Assembly (NCBI GenBank): GCA_965203675.1
Contig: CBDBDE010000002.1
Span: forward strand, 600,990-664,989
Reading direction: 5' to 3'
DNA from: Dehalococcoidia bacterium
GTDB lineage: Bacteria > Chloroflexota > Dehalococcoidia > Lucifugimonadales > UBA3495
DNA length: 64,000 nt
Part shown: in pieces, positions 27,861 through 36,123 of the stretch
Numbering within the stretch: the stretch's first letter is position 1
Layout: every line of letters starts with the position of its first letter
Program-made: the position numbers and the translations under genes
The notes under the pieces: generated by a model
Told to the model about the DNA's origin: nothing
Databases searched by the model: none
What the model saw: the letters and a program-made list of their open reading frames with translations, nothing else

Positions 27861-29318
27861 ATGCCAGCTCGCACCGGAAACGACTACCTCAACGGCCTCC
27901 GGGAAACGCCCCGGGAAATCCACATCGCCGGGCAGCAGGTTGATGACGTAACCACCTTCCCCGGGCTTGCCGGCGGCGCCCGTTCCATCGCCGCGCTGTA
28001 CGACCTCCAGTGCGATCCCCAGTTCCGCGATGAGATGACCTACCCATCGCCCACCAGCGGCGACCCGGTGGGCCTGTCCTTCATCATTCCCCGCACCGGC
28101 GAAGACCTGGACCGTCGTCGCCTGATGATGTCCCGCTGGGCCCGCACCAGCTACGGCATGATGGGCCGCACTCCCGACTTCCTCAACGTCAGCATGGCCG
28201 CCATGGCCGGCGCCGCCGATTACTTCGCCCGGAACCGTCCCGAGTTCAGGGAAAACATCGTCAGCTACTACCAGCACGTCCGGGAAAACGACCTTACCCT
28301 GACCCACACCCTCGTCAACCTCCAGCGCAATCGCGCCCCCGCCGCCACGTCTATGAATTACAGCACCGACGTCGCCCTAGCCGTCGTCAACGAAACGGAT
28401 GAGGGGCTTGTGGTGCGCGGCCCCCGGGTGCTGGCTACCCTCGGCCCCCTGTCCGATGAGATTGCCGTCTATCCCACCAGCCGCTCCCTCCTCGGTGGCG
28501 GGGACGAGTCCCGCCGCTACGCCTTCGCCTTCGCGATCCCCTGCTCCACCCCCGGCCTGAAGTTCCTCTGCCGGGACAGCCTCGACCTGGGAAAGTCCAG
28601 CTTCGACCATCCCCTGGGCTCCCGGTTCGAGGAAATGGACGCCATCGTCTTTTTCGACAACGTTCTGGTGCCCTGGGAGCGGGTCTTTCTCTACGGCGAC
28701 CAGGAGCTGTGCAACAACCTGGCCGTCGCCACCAACCAGTACACCCATTCCGGTCACCAGGTGGTGACCAAGAACGTGGCCAAGTGCGAGTTTGTCGCCG
28801 GACTGGCCAGCCTGGTCACCCACACCCTCGGCTCCGGCAGCATCCCCCAGGTGCAGGCCCTGCTGGCCGAAACTCTGGAAAACCTGGAGATAATGAAGGC
28901 GTTGCTCCAGACTGCCGAGGCCAACGCCGAACTCGACCAGTGGGGGGTGATGTGCCCGGCCCGCATCCCCATCGTCGTCGCCCGCAGCCTGTTCATTCGG
29001 ATGTATCCCCGGATGGCGGAGATAGTTCAGTTGCTCGGTTCCAGCAGCCTCATGGCCCTTCCCTCCGAGGTGGACTTGGACGGCCCTTTGGCCGAGCACA
29101 TCGAAAAGTACCTGGACACCGACACCGCTTCCGCCCGCGACCGTATCCACCTTTTCCACCTGGCGTGGGACCTGGCCTGCAGCGCCTTCGGTTCAAGGCA
29201 GGTGCTCTACGAAAGGTTCTTCCAGGGCGACTGGATGCGCAACGCCGCGGCCCTCTGCGCCGCCTACGACACCGCCCCGCTGCGCCGGCAGATAGAGGAC
29301 TTCCTGGCGGACGCCTGA
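27861..29318 (+). CDS. 4-hydroxyphenylacetate 3-monooxygenase oxygenase-component (HpaB) family protein
   Basis: 'RTGNDYLNGLRETPREIHIAGQQVDDVTTFP' is a typical HpaB-family N-terminus. 485 aa. Start trimmed to ATG 27861 (GGAGG RBS). Confidence 0.8.
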   Translation: MPARTGNDYLNGLRETPREIHIAGQQVDDVTTFPGLAGGARSIAALYDLQCDPQFRDEMTYPSPTSGDPVGLSFIIPRTGEDLDRRRLMMSRWARTSYGMMGRTPDFLNVSMAAMAGAADYFARNRPEFRENIVSYYQHVRENDLTLTHTLVNLQRNRAPAATSMNYSTDVALAVVNETDEGLVVRGPRVLATLGPLSDEIAVYPTSRSLLGGGDESRRYAFAFAIPCSTPGLKFLCRDSLDLGKSSFDHPLGSRFEEMDAIVFFDNVLVPWERVFLYGDQELCNNLAVATNQYTHSGHQVVTKNVAKCEFVAGLASLVTHTLGSGSIPQVQALLAETLENLEIMKALLQTAEANAELDQWGVMCPARIPIVVARSLFIRMYPRMAEIVQLLGSSSLMALPSEVDLDGPLAEHIEKYLDTDTASARDRIHLFHLAWDLACSAFGSRQVLYERFFQGDWMRNAAALCAAYDTAPLRRQIEDFLADA

Positions 29319-29465
29319 GTCCTCTTTCGCCCGGGTCCTCGCTGGTCTCAACGCCTCGAATGGCCCAGGCGGAGTGCTACTGACAGGTTGGCCCTTCCCA
29401 ACCTCGTCCTTCGTCCGGTACCATGAATCCAGGGAGGGTTTCCGGCCCGGCCTTCTCCTCAGAAA

Positions 29466-29484
29466 TGCATCAAATTGCATCAAA
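29466..29484 (+). repeat. Direct repeat TGCATCAAA x2 at 10-bp spacing
   Basis: Read directly: 29466-29474 and 29476-29484, in an AT-rich intergenic region. Confidence 0.9.
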
Positions 29485-29586
29485 ATGTAGCAGGAAAAAT
29501 TCTCCCTGCCCGGTAACAACGTTCCAACACCCGGTTTCCAATGGTGATAAAACCGGACAAAAACGTGACATCCGGCGGAAAAACGA

Positions 29587-29676
29587 GGACATTTAGCGGA
29601 CATTTCGGGGACAGAATCCTCCGGCCCCACGCTCGAATGTCCTGGAATGTCCGGTTTTGGGAGATCCGGCATGTCC
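29587..29676. repeat. Phased GGACAT / ATGTCC word array (3 + 3 copies in opposite orientation)
   Basis: GGACAT/GGACAG start at 29587, 29598 and 29609 (11-bp steps). ATGTCC starts at 29637, 29647 and 29671 (10 and 24 bp). A further ATGTCC lies at 29842. Confidence 0.85.
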
Positions 29677-29872
29677 CGGTCGCTGCCGGGCAGTCGGCCT
29701 CCGCCCTCGCCGGTTGATCGACGGTAGTTCATTGACGGTATTCGTTGCCCAAATCTATACTCGACTTGTGTCCCTGCTCGTCCGGTCCGGCGGTGCGTCA
29801 CCCGTAGCCCGCCCGTCAACCCGGACTTCGCAGCAGGTTCCATGTCCCGCAACAACTTGAGGGGGTAAAGTC

Positions 29873-30808
29873 ATGCCGCTAGACCCGCAAGCCCAGGCCG
29901 TTATGGATGCCGTCGCGGCCCTCGGATTCCCGGCCAACCACACCGTCTCTCCTGAAGAGGCCCGCGCCAACGGACGCGCCCGTCCCCGCGCCCCGGGCCC
30001 CGATGTCGCCCGGGTTGAAGACCGCACCATCCCCGGGCCGGACACCGAGCTTCCCGTCCGCATCTACACCCCGGAAGGGGAGGGCCCCTTCCCCATCCTG
30101 GCCTGGTTCCACGGCGGCGGCTGGGTGGTCGGAGATCTGGACTCCGCCGACGCCACCGCCCGCAGCCTGACCGTCGGCGCTCAGTGCGTCGTTGTCTCCG
30201 TGGACTACCGCCTGGCTCCCGACACCAAGTTCCCCGGCCCGGCCGAGGACTGCTACGTTGCTACCCAGTGGTGCTCCAACCACGCTGCCAGCCTGAACGC
30301 CGACCCGTCCCGGCTGGCCGTTGGCGGCGACAGCGCCGGCGGGAATCTTGCCGCTGCCGTCAGCCTTATGGCCCGGGACAGGGGCGGTCCTGACATCGGC
30401 TTCCAGTTGCTGGTCTACCCGGTGACCGAACGCAACTTCGACACTGTGTCCTACACCGACAACGCCGACGGCTACCAGTTGTCCCGGGACGGGATGATTT
30501 GGTACTGGGACCATTACCTGGCCTCCGACGCCGACGCTTCCAATCCCTACGCCGCTCCCCTGCAGGCCGGCGACCTTTCCAACCTGCCCCCGGCCCTGGT
30601 CATCACCGCCGAGTACGATCCATTGCGGGACGAGGGAGAGGCCTATGCGAAAGCGTTGGAAGCTGCGGGCGTTCTCACCACCTGCACCCGCTACGACGGC
30701 ATGATCCACGGCTTCTTCGGCATGGCCGCGGCGGTGGACAAGGGACGGCAGGCGGTGGACCAGGCGTCGTCGCTGCTCCGGTCTGCCTTTTCCCAGCCCG
30801 TCGCCTAG
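29873..30808 (+). CDS. Alpha/beta hydrolase, hormone-sensitive-lipase-like esterase
   Basis: Oxyanion 'FHGGGW', nucleophile 'GGDSAGGNLA', C-terminal 'DPLRDEG' and 'MIHGF' catalytic motifs. Confidence 0.85.
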   Translation: MPLDPQAQAVMDAVAALGFPANHTVSPEEARANGRARPRAPGPDVARVEDRTIPGPDTELPVRIYTPEGEGPFPILAWFHGGGWVVGDLDSADATARSLTVGAQCVVVSVDYRLAPDTKFPGPAEDCYVATQWCSNHAASLNADPSRLAVGGDSAGGNLAAAVSLMARDRGGPDIGFQLLVYPVTERNFDTVSYTDNADGYQLSRDGMIWYWDHYLASDADASNPYAAPLQAGDLSNLPPALVITAEYDPLRDEGEAYAKALEAAGVLTTCTRYDGMIHGFFGMAAAVDKGRQAVDQASSLLRSAFSQPVA

Positions 30809-30821
30809 AAATCCCCTGCCG

Positions 30822-31517
30822 CTATTCGGCGGCGGACGGCTCCCCGGATACTTCTGTTGCGCCGCCGCCGGGTTCCCCCGGGTTCTGGGACACCATTTCC
30901 GCCTGCTGTCGGGCCATCCACGCTTGGAGCCACCGCCGGAATTCGTCCAGCGCGGGCGGCGCAACGTAGAACACTTCGATGTCGTTGGCGAACTGGACCT
31001 GGTGCCGCTCCCCTATCAGCAGCAGCCCCGTCTCATCGGCCTGCAACGTCGAGTCAATCCTCTGGCCGATGGCCTCGTAGCGGCTGCGGTTGGCCTCAGT
31101 GAACCACTCCTGGATGCGGGACGCCACCCGCTCGCTGATCATCGGCCCCATCAGGATGCGCTGCAGGTCTATGATCTCGAACAGGACTTCCGGGTCTTCC
31201 GTGGGTTCCAGCGCCGCCCCTCTCTCAGCCTTCTCCCTCACCAGCCCGGCGCTGTGGAGGTCGGCCCCTTCCAGGTACTTGATGCCCTCGTCTCCGCCTT
31301 CCACCAGGCTTTCGCAGTAGATCCGGTGCAGGCCGCCCAGGCTGGACTCCAGCGCCGCGGTCTGGGCTTGGACCTGTTCCCAGTACCGGCCCACGATTGC
31401 TGCCCCGTCTCCATCTTCGGCATGGGGAGCGTAGAGCAGAGGCACCAGCAGCAGCTTGCGCTTACCTTGGTACTGGTCGGCGGTCGGTCGTTCGACCTGG
31501 CCTAGATGCTGGGTCAT
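30822..31517 (-). CDS. Hypothetical protein
   Basis: 231 aa from ATG 31517 (GGAGG RBS) with coding-like composition. No family recognised. Divergent from the fur-family gene. Confidence 0.5.
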   Translation of the reverse strand: MTQHLGQVERPTADQYQGKRKLLLVPLLYAPHAEDGDGAAIVGRYWEQVQAQTAALESSLGGLHRIYCESLVEGGDEGIKYLEGADLHSAGLVREKAERGAALEPTEDPEVLFEIIDLQRILMGPMISERVASRIQEWFTEANRSRYEAIGQRIDSTLQADETGLLLIGERHQVQFANDIEVFYVAPPALDEFRRWLQAWMARQQAEMVSQNPGEPGGGATEVSGEPSAAE

Positions 31518-31594
31518 GTCCTGCCTCCAAGCGGATTCGCTGTCACAATTTCCGGTCTTAAAGTATAGACAAGCCGCTGGCCTGTCGAGAACAT

Positions 31595-31645
31595 TTGACA
31601 CCGAAATTGCGCCGTGTTAACTTCACTTTTAGATACTAAGTATCT
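31595..31645 (+). promoter_or_regulatory. Candidate promoter plus operator palindrome upstream of the Fur-family gene
   Basis: -35 TTGACA (31595-31600), 17-nt spacer, -10-like TAACTT (31618-31623), then the 6-3-6 inverted repeat AGATAC-taa-GTATCT (31631-31645), 14 nt before the ATG. Confidence 0.35.
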
Positions 31646-31658
31646 TGTAATTGGAGCG

Positions 31659-32105
31659 ATGATGTCCAAGCGTGACTCTCCCATCGTAGCCCATATGTTG
31701 GATGCCCTTGGAGAGAAAGGGTACCGCGACACTGCCCCTCGCCGGGCCATCGTGCAGGCCGTCGCGCAGACGGAAAGGCATTTCACCGCCGAAGACCTGC
31801 GGGCCCAACTTCCGGAAGTGGGACGTGCCACCATCTATCGTTCCCTGAAGCTGCTGCTCGATGCCGGCGTCGTCTGCCGGGTGCTGCTGGAAGACGGCAA
31901 CCTCCACTACCAGTTGAGCCACCGCGGCCACCACCACCACCTGCTGTGCGTGGAGTGTGGCGCGTCGGAAGACCTGACCGGCTGCGATATAGAAGACCAG
32001 CTCAAGACCGTCGCCGCCGCCCACGAATTCCAGGTCAGCGGACACTGGCTTGAGATTTACGGCCGTTGCCTCAACTGCGCTATTCCTGCCGCCGCTTCGC
32101 TATAA
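31659..32105 (+). CDS. Fur-family transcriptional regulator (Zur/PerR/Fur type not resolved)
   Basis: 'RRAIVQAVAQTERHFTAEDL...ATIYRSLKLLLDAGVV' winged helix, 'HHHHLLCVECG' and 'CLNC' metal-site cysteines. Confidence 0.85.
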   Translation: MMSKRDSPIVAHMLDALGEKGYRDTAPRRAIVQAVAQTERHFTAEDLRAQLPEVGRATIYRSLKLLLDAGVVCRVLLEDGNLHYQLSHRGHHHHLLCVECGASEDLTGCDIEDQLKTVAAAHEFQVSGHWLEIYGRCLNCAIPAAASL

Positions 32106-32309
32106 CCCGCCTGGCCGGGTTATAGTCTCCTGTCCCTATAGTGCGGAGTCCTTCCTGTCGGGCTTGGCTTGCCAAGTCCGCAGTCCCGGCTCCACAATTT
32201 CCGCACACTTCCCGCATACTATTGCTTGTGCCCCCTTGCCACGAGGACAACCGCCCGGCTGGCCTCGTGATAAGGTGAGCCCGAATGTTGATGCTTGGAG
32301 GCCCGGCTG

Positions 32310-33206
32310 ATGGAACAGCGGCAATACCCTAACCCTTGGACCCCTGCCCGGTCCCGGCCAGCGGGCATCCTGGCGCCTCTGACCCTGATGTTGCTCGTGG
32401 CGTCCCTCTTGGCCTTGGGGTGCAGCGCATCCGCCACGCCTGAGGAGCCTACGGAACCAAGTCCTGCCGCAACTCCCACTGCCCCCGTCGCCGCCGCAGC
32501 TTCTCCCCTGCCAACGTCTGCAATGCCGGAAGCTTCTGGTTCCACCGACGCCCCCGCTGCCACCGCCGTCCCCGTGCCTGCCGACACGCCTGAGCCCACG
32601 AACACTCCGGCTCCGGCGGCTGCTCCAACGGAGGAAGCCGGCTCAGGCTCCGAAACCACCGTTGCCGGCGGGACCGAATTTGCAATTCAGGCCGGGGCCC
32701 GGGCCCGTTACCTCATCAGGGAACAACTGGCCAGTCTGGACTTTCCCAACGACGCCATCGGAGAAACCGGCGACGTGTCCGGCTCGATCATCTTCGACGC
32801 CGGCGGAGGGATAGTTTCTCCCGGCTCGAAAATCGTGGTCGACCTGCGGGGCCTGAGGAGCGACTCGGACCGGCGGGACGTGTACGTTAGGAACCGTTCC
32901 CTGGAGACCGACACCTATCCGAATGCCGAGTTCATTATCCGCGAGGCCGCCGGTCTGTCCTGGCCGTTGCCGTCCCAGGGGGAAGCGTCTTTCCAATTGC
33001 TGGGCGATATGACGGTGCATGGGGTGACCAGGCCCCTGACTTGGGATGTAGCCGGAAGTTTCGACGGAGATTCCTTCACCGGCCAGGCCAAGACCAATTT
33101 CACCTTTGAAGAGTTTGAAATAGACGTTCCCCGGGTGCGGGTAGTCCTCAGCGTGGACAACGACATCCGCCTGGAAGTCGACTTCACGGCGGCTGCTTCT
33201 CCTTAG
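32310..33206 (+). CDS. YceI-family lipoprotein
   Basis: Lipobox 'LLALGC', a Pro/Ala/Thr-rich linker, then a YceI-like domain ('ARYLIREQLASLDFPNDAIGETGDVSGSI', 'LLGDMTVHGVTRPLTWDV'). Confidence 0.75.
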   Translation: MEQRQYPNPWTPARSRPAGILAPLTLMLLVASLLALGCSASATPEEPTEPSPAATPTAPVAAAASPLPTSAMPEASGSTDAPAATAVPVPADTPEPTNTPAPAAAPTEEAGSGSETTVAGGTEFAIQAGARARYLIREQLASLDFPNDAIGETGDVSGSIIFDAGGGIVSPGSKIVVDLRGLRSDSDRRDVYVRNRSLETDTYPNAEFIIREAAGLSWPLPSQGEASFQLLGDMTVHGVTRPLTWDVAGSFDGDSFTGQAKTNFTFEEFEIDVPRVRVVLSVDNDIRLEVDFTAAASP

Positions 33207-33232
33207 TTCGTAAAAAGGCGGAATAAGGCGCA

Positions 33233-35335
33233 ATGATGTGGGGGCTCCAGCAGATACTGCGTCCGGTGCAATGGCTCGTCTCGTCCCTGGCTTCCCTCGG
33301 ATTCTGGCGTTACCTGGCCCTCCTGGCAATCCTGCTTGGCTCCGCCGCCGGGACTTTCGCCGTTTACGACGACTATACGGCTCCTGAGCCCAGCGCCCTG
33401 TCCGAGGAGGAACAGTTAATTCCGGTCCGCATGGGAGACCTGGTCAACAAGGTCTCCACCAGCGGCAGCCTGGCTTTCCCGGAAAGAGAGTCGGTCGCGT
33501 TCAACTCCGATGGCCGCCTTGGACGCCTTGCCGTCGCCGAGGGGCAGTGGGTTGACCGGGGCGACGCCGTGGCACGTCTGGACGATTCGTCGTTGGCCTA
33601 CCTGGGGGATGCCGTGTTGCGGGCCGAGGCCGAGCTCTGGGAGGCCGAGGATGCCCTGGGCGGCCAGGAGTTCGAGTTTGCCGTCGAGGTGCTGGCCGCC
33701 GAGGAGAAGGTACTGGCCGCCGATTCCGCCCTGGAGCAGGCTAGGGAAGCGTTGGCCGACGCCCAACAGCCCTACACCAATGATCAACTGCAGGCCCAGT
33801 ACGAGGTGGTAGCCGCGGCGGAGCTCGATTGGCAGGATGCCCGGGATGCCCTGGAAGCCCTCATCATAGACAATTCCCAGGAGCTGATCGTGGCTCTGCG
33901 GGAAGTGGCCGGGGCCGAGCTTGCCCTGGACACTTCGCGGACCAGCCTGTCCGAGTATGCCGCCGACCTGGAGTTCCAGATCCCCGAAGCTTCTCAGGCA
34001 TTCATCAACGCCACCATCGCCTTGAACGATGCGGAAAATGCTTTCGAGGAGTACGAGGACAGGAATCAGGAATGGTTGGTCCTGCGCCTCCGGGAGCTGG
34101 AAGAAATCCAGGATGACCTGGCCTCCACCCGGGGCGATCTCCAGCGCTTCCGCGCCTACGAGGAAGACCATCCCAACGCTTTCAGCCACCTGGTCAGCCA
34201 GTGGGAATTCTTCGTCGAAACCTACGAGGAGGATGAGGAGGGTCTGCTGGACCTGCTGGTGGAGCACCGCCGCTTGAAGGCCAACGTGGTGGTGGCGCGG
34301 GAAGAGTTGCGCCGCGCTGCCGAGAACCTGGGTGAGCTGCAACAGGGGCCGGACCTGCTGATGTTGGGGGATCTGGAGGCGGCCGTACAGTTGGCCGAGC
34401 TGGAGTTGGAGCAGGCCAGAGACCGGGTAACGGAGCTGGAGGAAGGCGTCGACCCTCTGCTGGTCGGCCTCCGGCAGCGCCAGGTGGAAGCGGCCGGGGC
34501 CGCTTGGGAACAGGCCCGCACCGACCTGGACGAGATGCTCGCCGGTGGAGACCCAATTGACATAAGCCTGAAGGAGAAACAGGTACAGTTGGCCGAGACC
34601 ACCCTGGAGCAGGCCCGGTACGAGTTGTCCCTGCTGTCTCAGCGGGACCGGGATCGGGAACTGGCCCTGCTGGAAGCCGACATTGCCCTGGCCCGCCAGA
34701 AGATCGCCGACGCCCGCCGGGCGTTGGAAGAGGCAACCCTGCTGGCGCCCATCGCCGGCATCGTCTCCGCAGTACACCTGGAGGAAGGGGATAACGTGGA
34801 GGCGGAGACCGTGGTAGCCGAAATCGTGGATACCAGGGTGGTGGAGATTGACGGGGTGGTGGACGAGATCGATGTGCTGTCCATCGCGGTCGGGACGGAG
34901 GCCGGGGTGACTTTCGACGCGCTCAAGGGGGAGGTGTTCGACGGGGTCGTTACGGAGATCGCCGAGGAAGGAGCCAACCAGCAGGGGGTGGTGACCTATG
35001 CGGTGAAGTCCCGGGTGGACCTCCCTGAGGGAATCGAGCTGCGGGAGGGTCTGACGGCCGTGGTGGAAATGGTGCTGAACGAGGAACGGAACGTCCTCCT
35101 GGTCCCGCAGCAGGCCCTCTATGGAACGTTCGATTCGCCAACGGTGCGGGTCATGACGGACACTGGCGCGGTGGAGCGTCCAATAACGCTGGGCAACAGC
35201 GACGATTTCTGGGTGGCGGTGCGGACCGGTCTGCAGGAGGGCGATACCATAGTCATGGAAACCGCCGAGGTGACCACCTCCGGCGCGGGGTTCCGTCAGC
35301 TCCGCACGGTATCCGGTGGGGGCCGCCGCCGTTAG
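33233..35335 (+). CDS. HlyD/MacA-type periplasmic adaptor with very long coiled coil
   Basis: N-terminal TM, barrel-sandwich segments ('GQWVDRGDAVARLDD', 'TLLAPIAGIVSAVHLEEGDNV'), about 400 aa of E/A/L/Q-rich heptad-like sequence in between. Precedes the MacB-like ABC genes. Confidence 0.75.
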   Translation: MMWGLQQILRPVQWLVSSLASLGFWRYLALLAILLGSAAGTFAVYDDYTAPEPSALSEEEQLIPVRMGDLVNKVSTSGSLAFPERESVAFNSDGRLGRLAVAEGQWVDRGDAVARLDDSSLAYLGDAVLRAEAELWEAEDALGGQEFEFAVEVLAAEEKVLAADSALEQAREALADAQQPYTNDQLQAQYEVVAAAELDWQDARDALEALIIDNSQELIVALREVAGAELALDTSRTSLSEYAADLEFQIPEASQAFINATIALNDAENAFEEYEDRNQEWLVLRLRELEEIQDDLASTRGDLQRFRAYEEDHPNAFSHLVSQWEFFVETYEEDEEGLLDLLVEHRRLKANVVVAREELRRAAENLGELQQGPDLLMLGDLEAAVQLAELELEQARDRVTELEEGVDPLLVGLRQRQVEAAGAAWEQARTDLDEMLAGGDPIDISLKEKQVQLAETTLEQARYELSLLSQRDRDRELALLEADIALARQKIADARRALEEATLLAPIAGIVSAVHLEEGDNVEAETVVAEIVDTRVVEIDGVVDEIDVLSIAVGTEAGVTFDALKGEVFDGVVTEIAEEGANQQGVVTYAVKSRVDLPEGIELREGLTAVVEMVLNEERNVLLVPQQALYGTFDSPTVRVMTDTGAVERPITLGNSDDFWVAVRTGLQEGDTIVMETAEVTTSGAGFRQLRTVSGGGRRR

Positions 35336-35364
35336 GTCCAAGTCTGCCGACAGGGATTCGCAGC

Positions 35365-36048
35365 GTGATCGAACTGCAGGACATAACCAAGGTCTACCGG
35401 ATGGGAAACGTCGAGGTGGCGGCCCTGCGGGGGGTCAGCCTGTCGGTGGCGGCCGGCGAGATGACGGCCATCATGGGGGCGTCCGGCTCGGGCAAGTCCA
35501 CGCTGATGAACATACTGGGCTGCCTGGACGTGCCGACTTCCGGCGCCTACTTGCTGGAAGGCGAGGACGTGGGAAAGCTGGGGGACGACCGGCTGGCGGG
35601 GATCCGCAACCACAAGATCGGGTTCGTGTTCCAGACCTACAACCTGCTGCCCCGCCTGTCGGCCCTGGCCAACGTGGAGCTTCCCCTGCTCTACGGCAAC
35701 GGCTCCAACCGGCGCCGCCGGGCCATGGAAGCGCTGGAGCGCGTGGGCCTGGGAGACCGGGTCCACCACAAGCCGACGGAGCTTTCCGGAGGACAGCAGC
35801 AGCGGGTGGGCATCGCCCGGGCCCTGGTCAAGGACCCGTCCCTGCTGATGGCCGACGAGCCAACGGGCAACCTGGACAGCCAGTCCAGCGAGGAGATCGT
35901 CCGAATCCTGCAGGGGCTGAACCGGGAGCAGGGACTAACGGTGGTCATCATCACCCACGAAGCGGACATCGCCGCCGCCACCAGCCGGGTGATAACCCTG
36001 CGGGACGGCCTGGTGGTGGAGGACCGGGCGCGAGCGGAGGCGGCTTGA
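35365..36048 (+). CDS. ABC transporter ATP-binding protein (MacB/LolD type)
   Basis: 'GASGSGKST', 'FVFQTYNLLPRLSALANVELP', '[15 protein letters not shown]', 'LLMADEPTGNLD'. Confidence 0.9.
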   Translation: MIELQDITKVYRMGNVEVAALRGVSLSVAAGEMTAIMGASGSGKSTLMNILGCLDVPTSGAYLLEGEDVGKLGDDRLAGIRNHKIGFVFQTYNLLPRLSALANVELPLLYGNGSNRRRRAMEALERVGLGDRVHHKPTELSGGQQQRVGIARALVKDPSLLMADEPTGNLDSQSSEEIVRILQGLNREQGLTVVIITHEADIAAATSRVITLRDGLVVEDRARAEAA

Positions 36049-36123
36049 CGGTTGACACGGCGCCGGGGAGCCGGGGAATATCCGCTACAGGATACGGGGT
36101 ATGAATCAGGCCAACGGGTGGGA

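Noticed and set aside
29460-29850. Replication origin (oriC/iteron) interpretation of the AT-rich repeat regions, and a CRISPR interpretation.
   Set aside because: No DnaA-box consensus (TTATCCACA) and no dnaA/dnaN/par genes are nearby. The repeats are 6-9 nt words rather than 24-48-nt repeats with unique spacers, and no cas genes are present.
29193-29855. 220-aa minus-strand ORF filling the HpaB-esterase intergenic region.
   Set aside because: It overlaps the HpaB 3' end, its sequence looks unlike a protein, and the region is AT-rich repeat-laden spacer. It is treated as non-coding.
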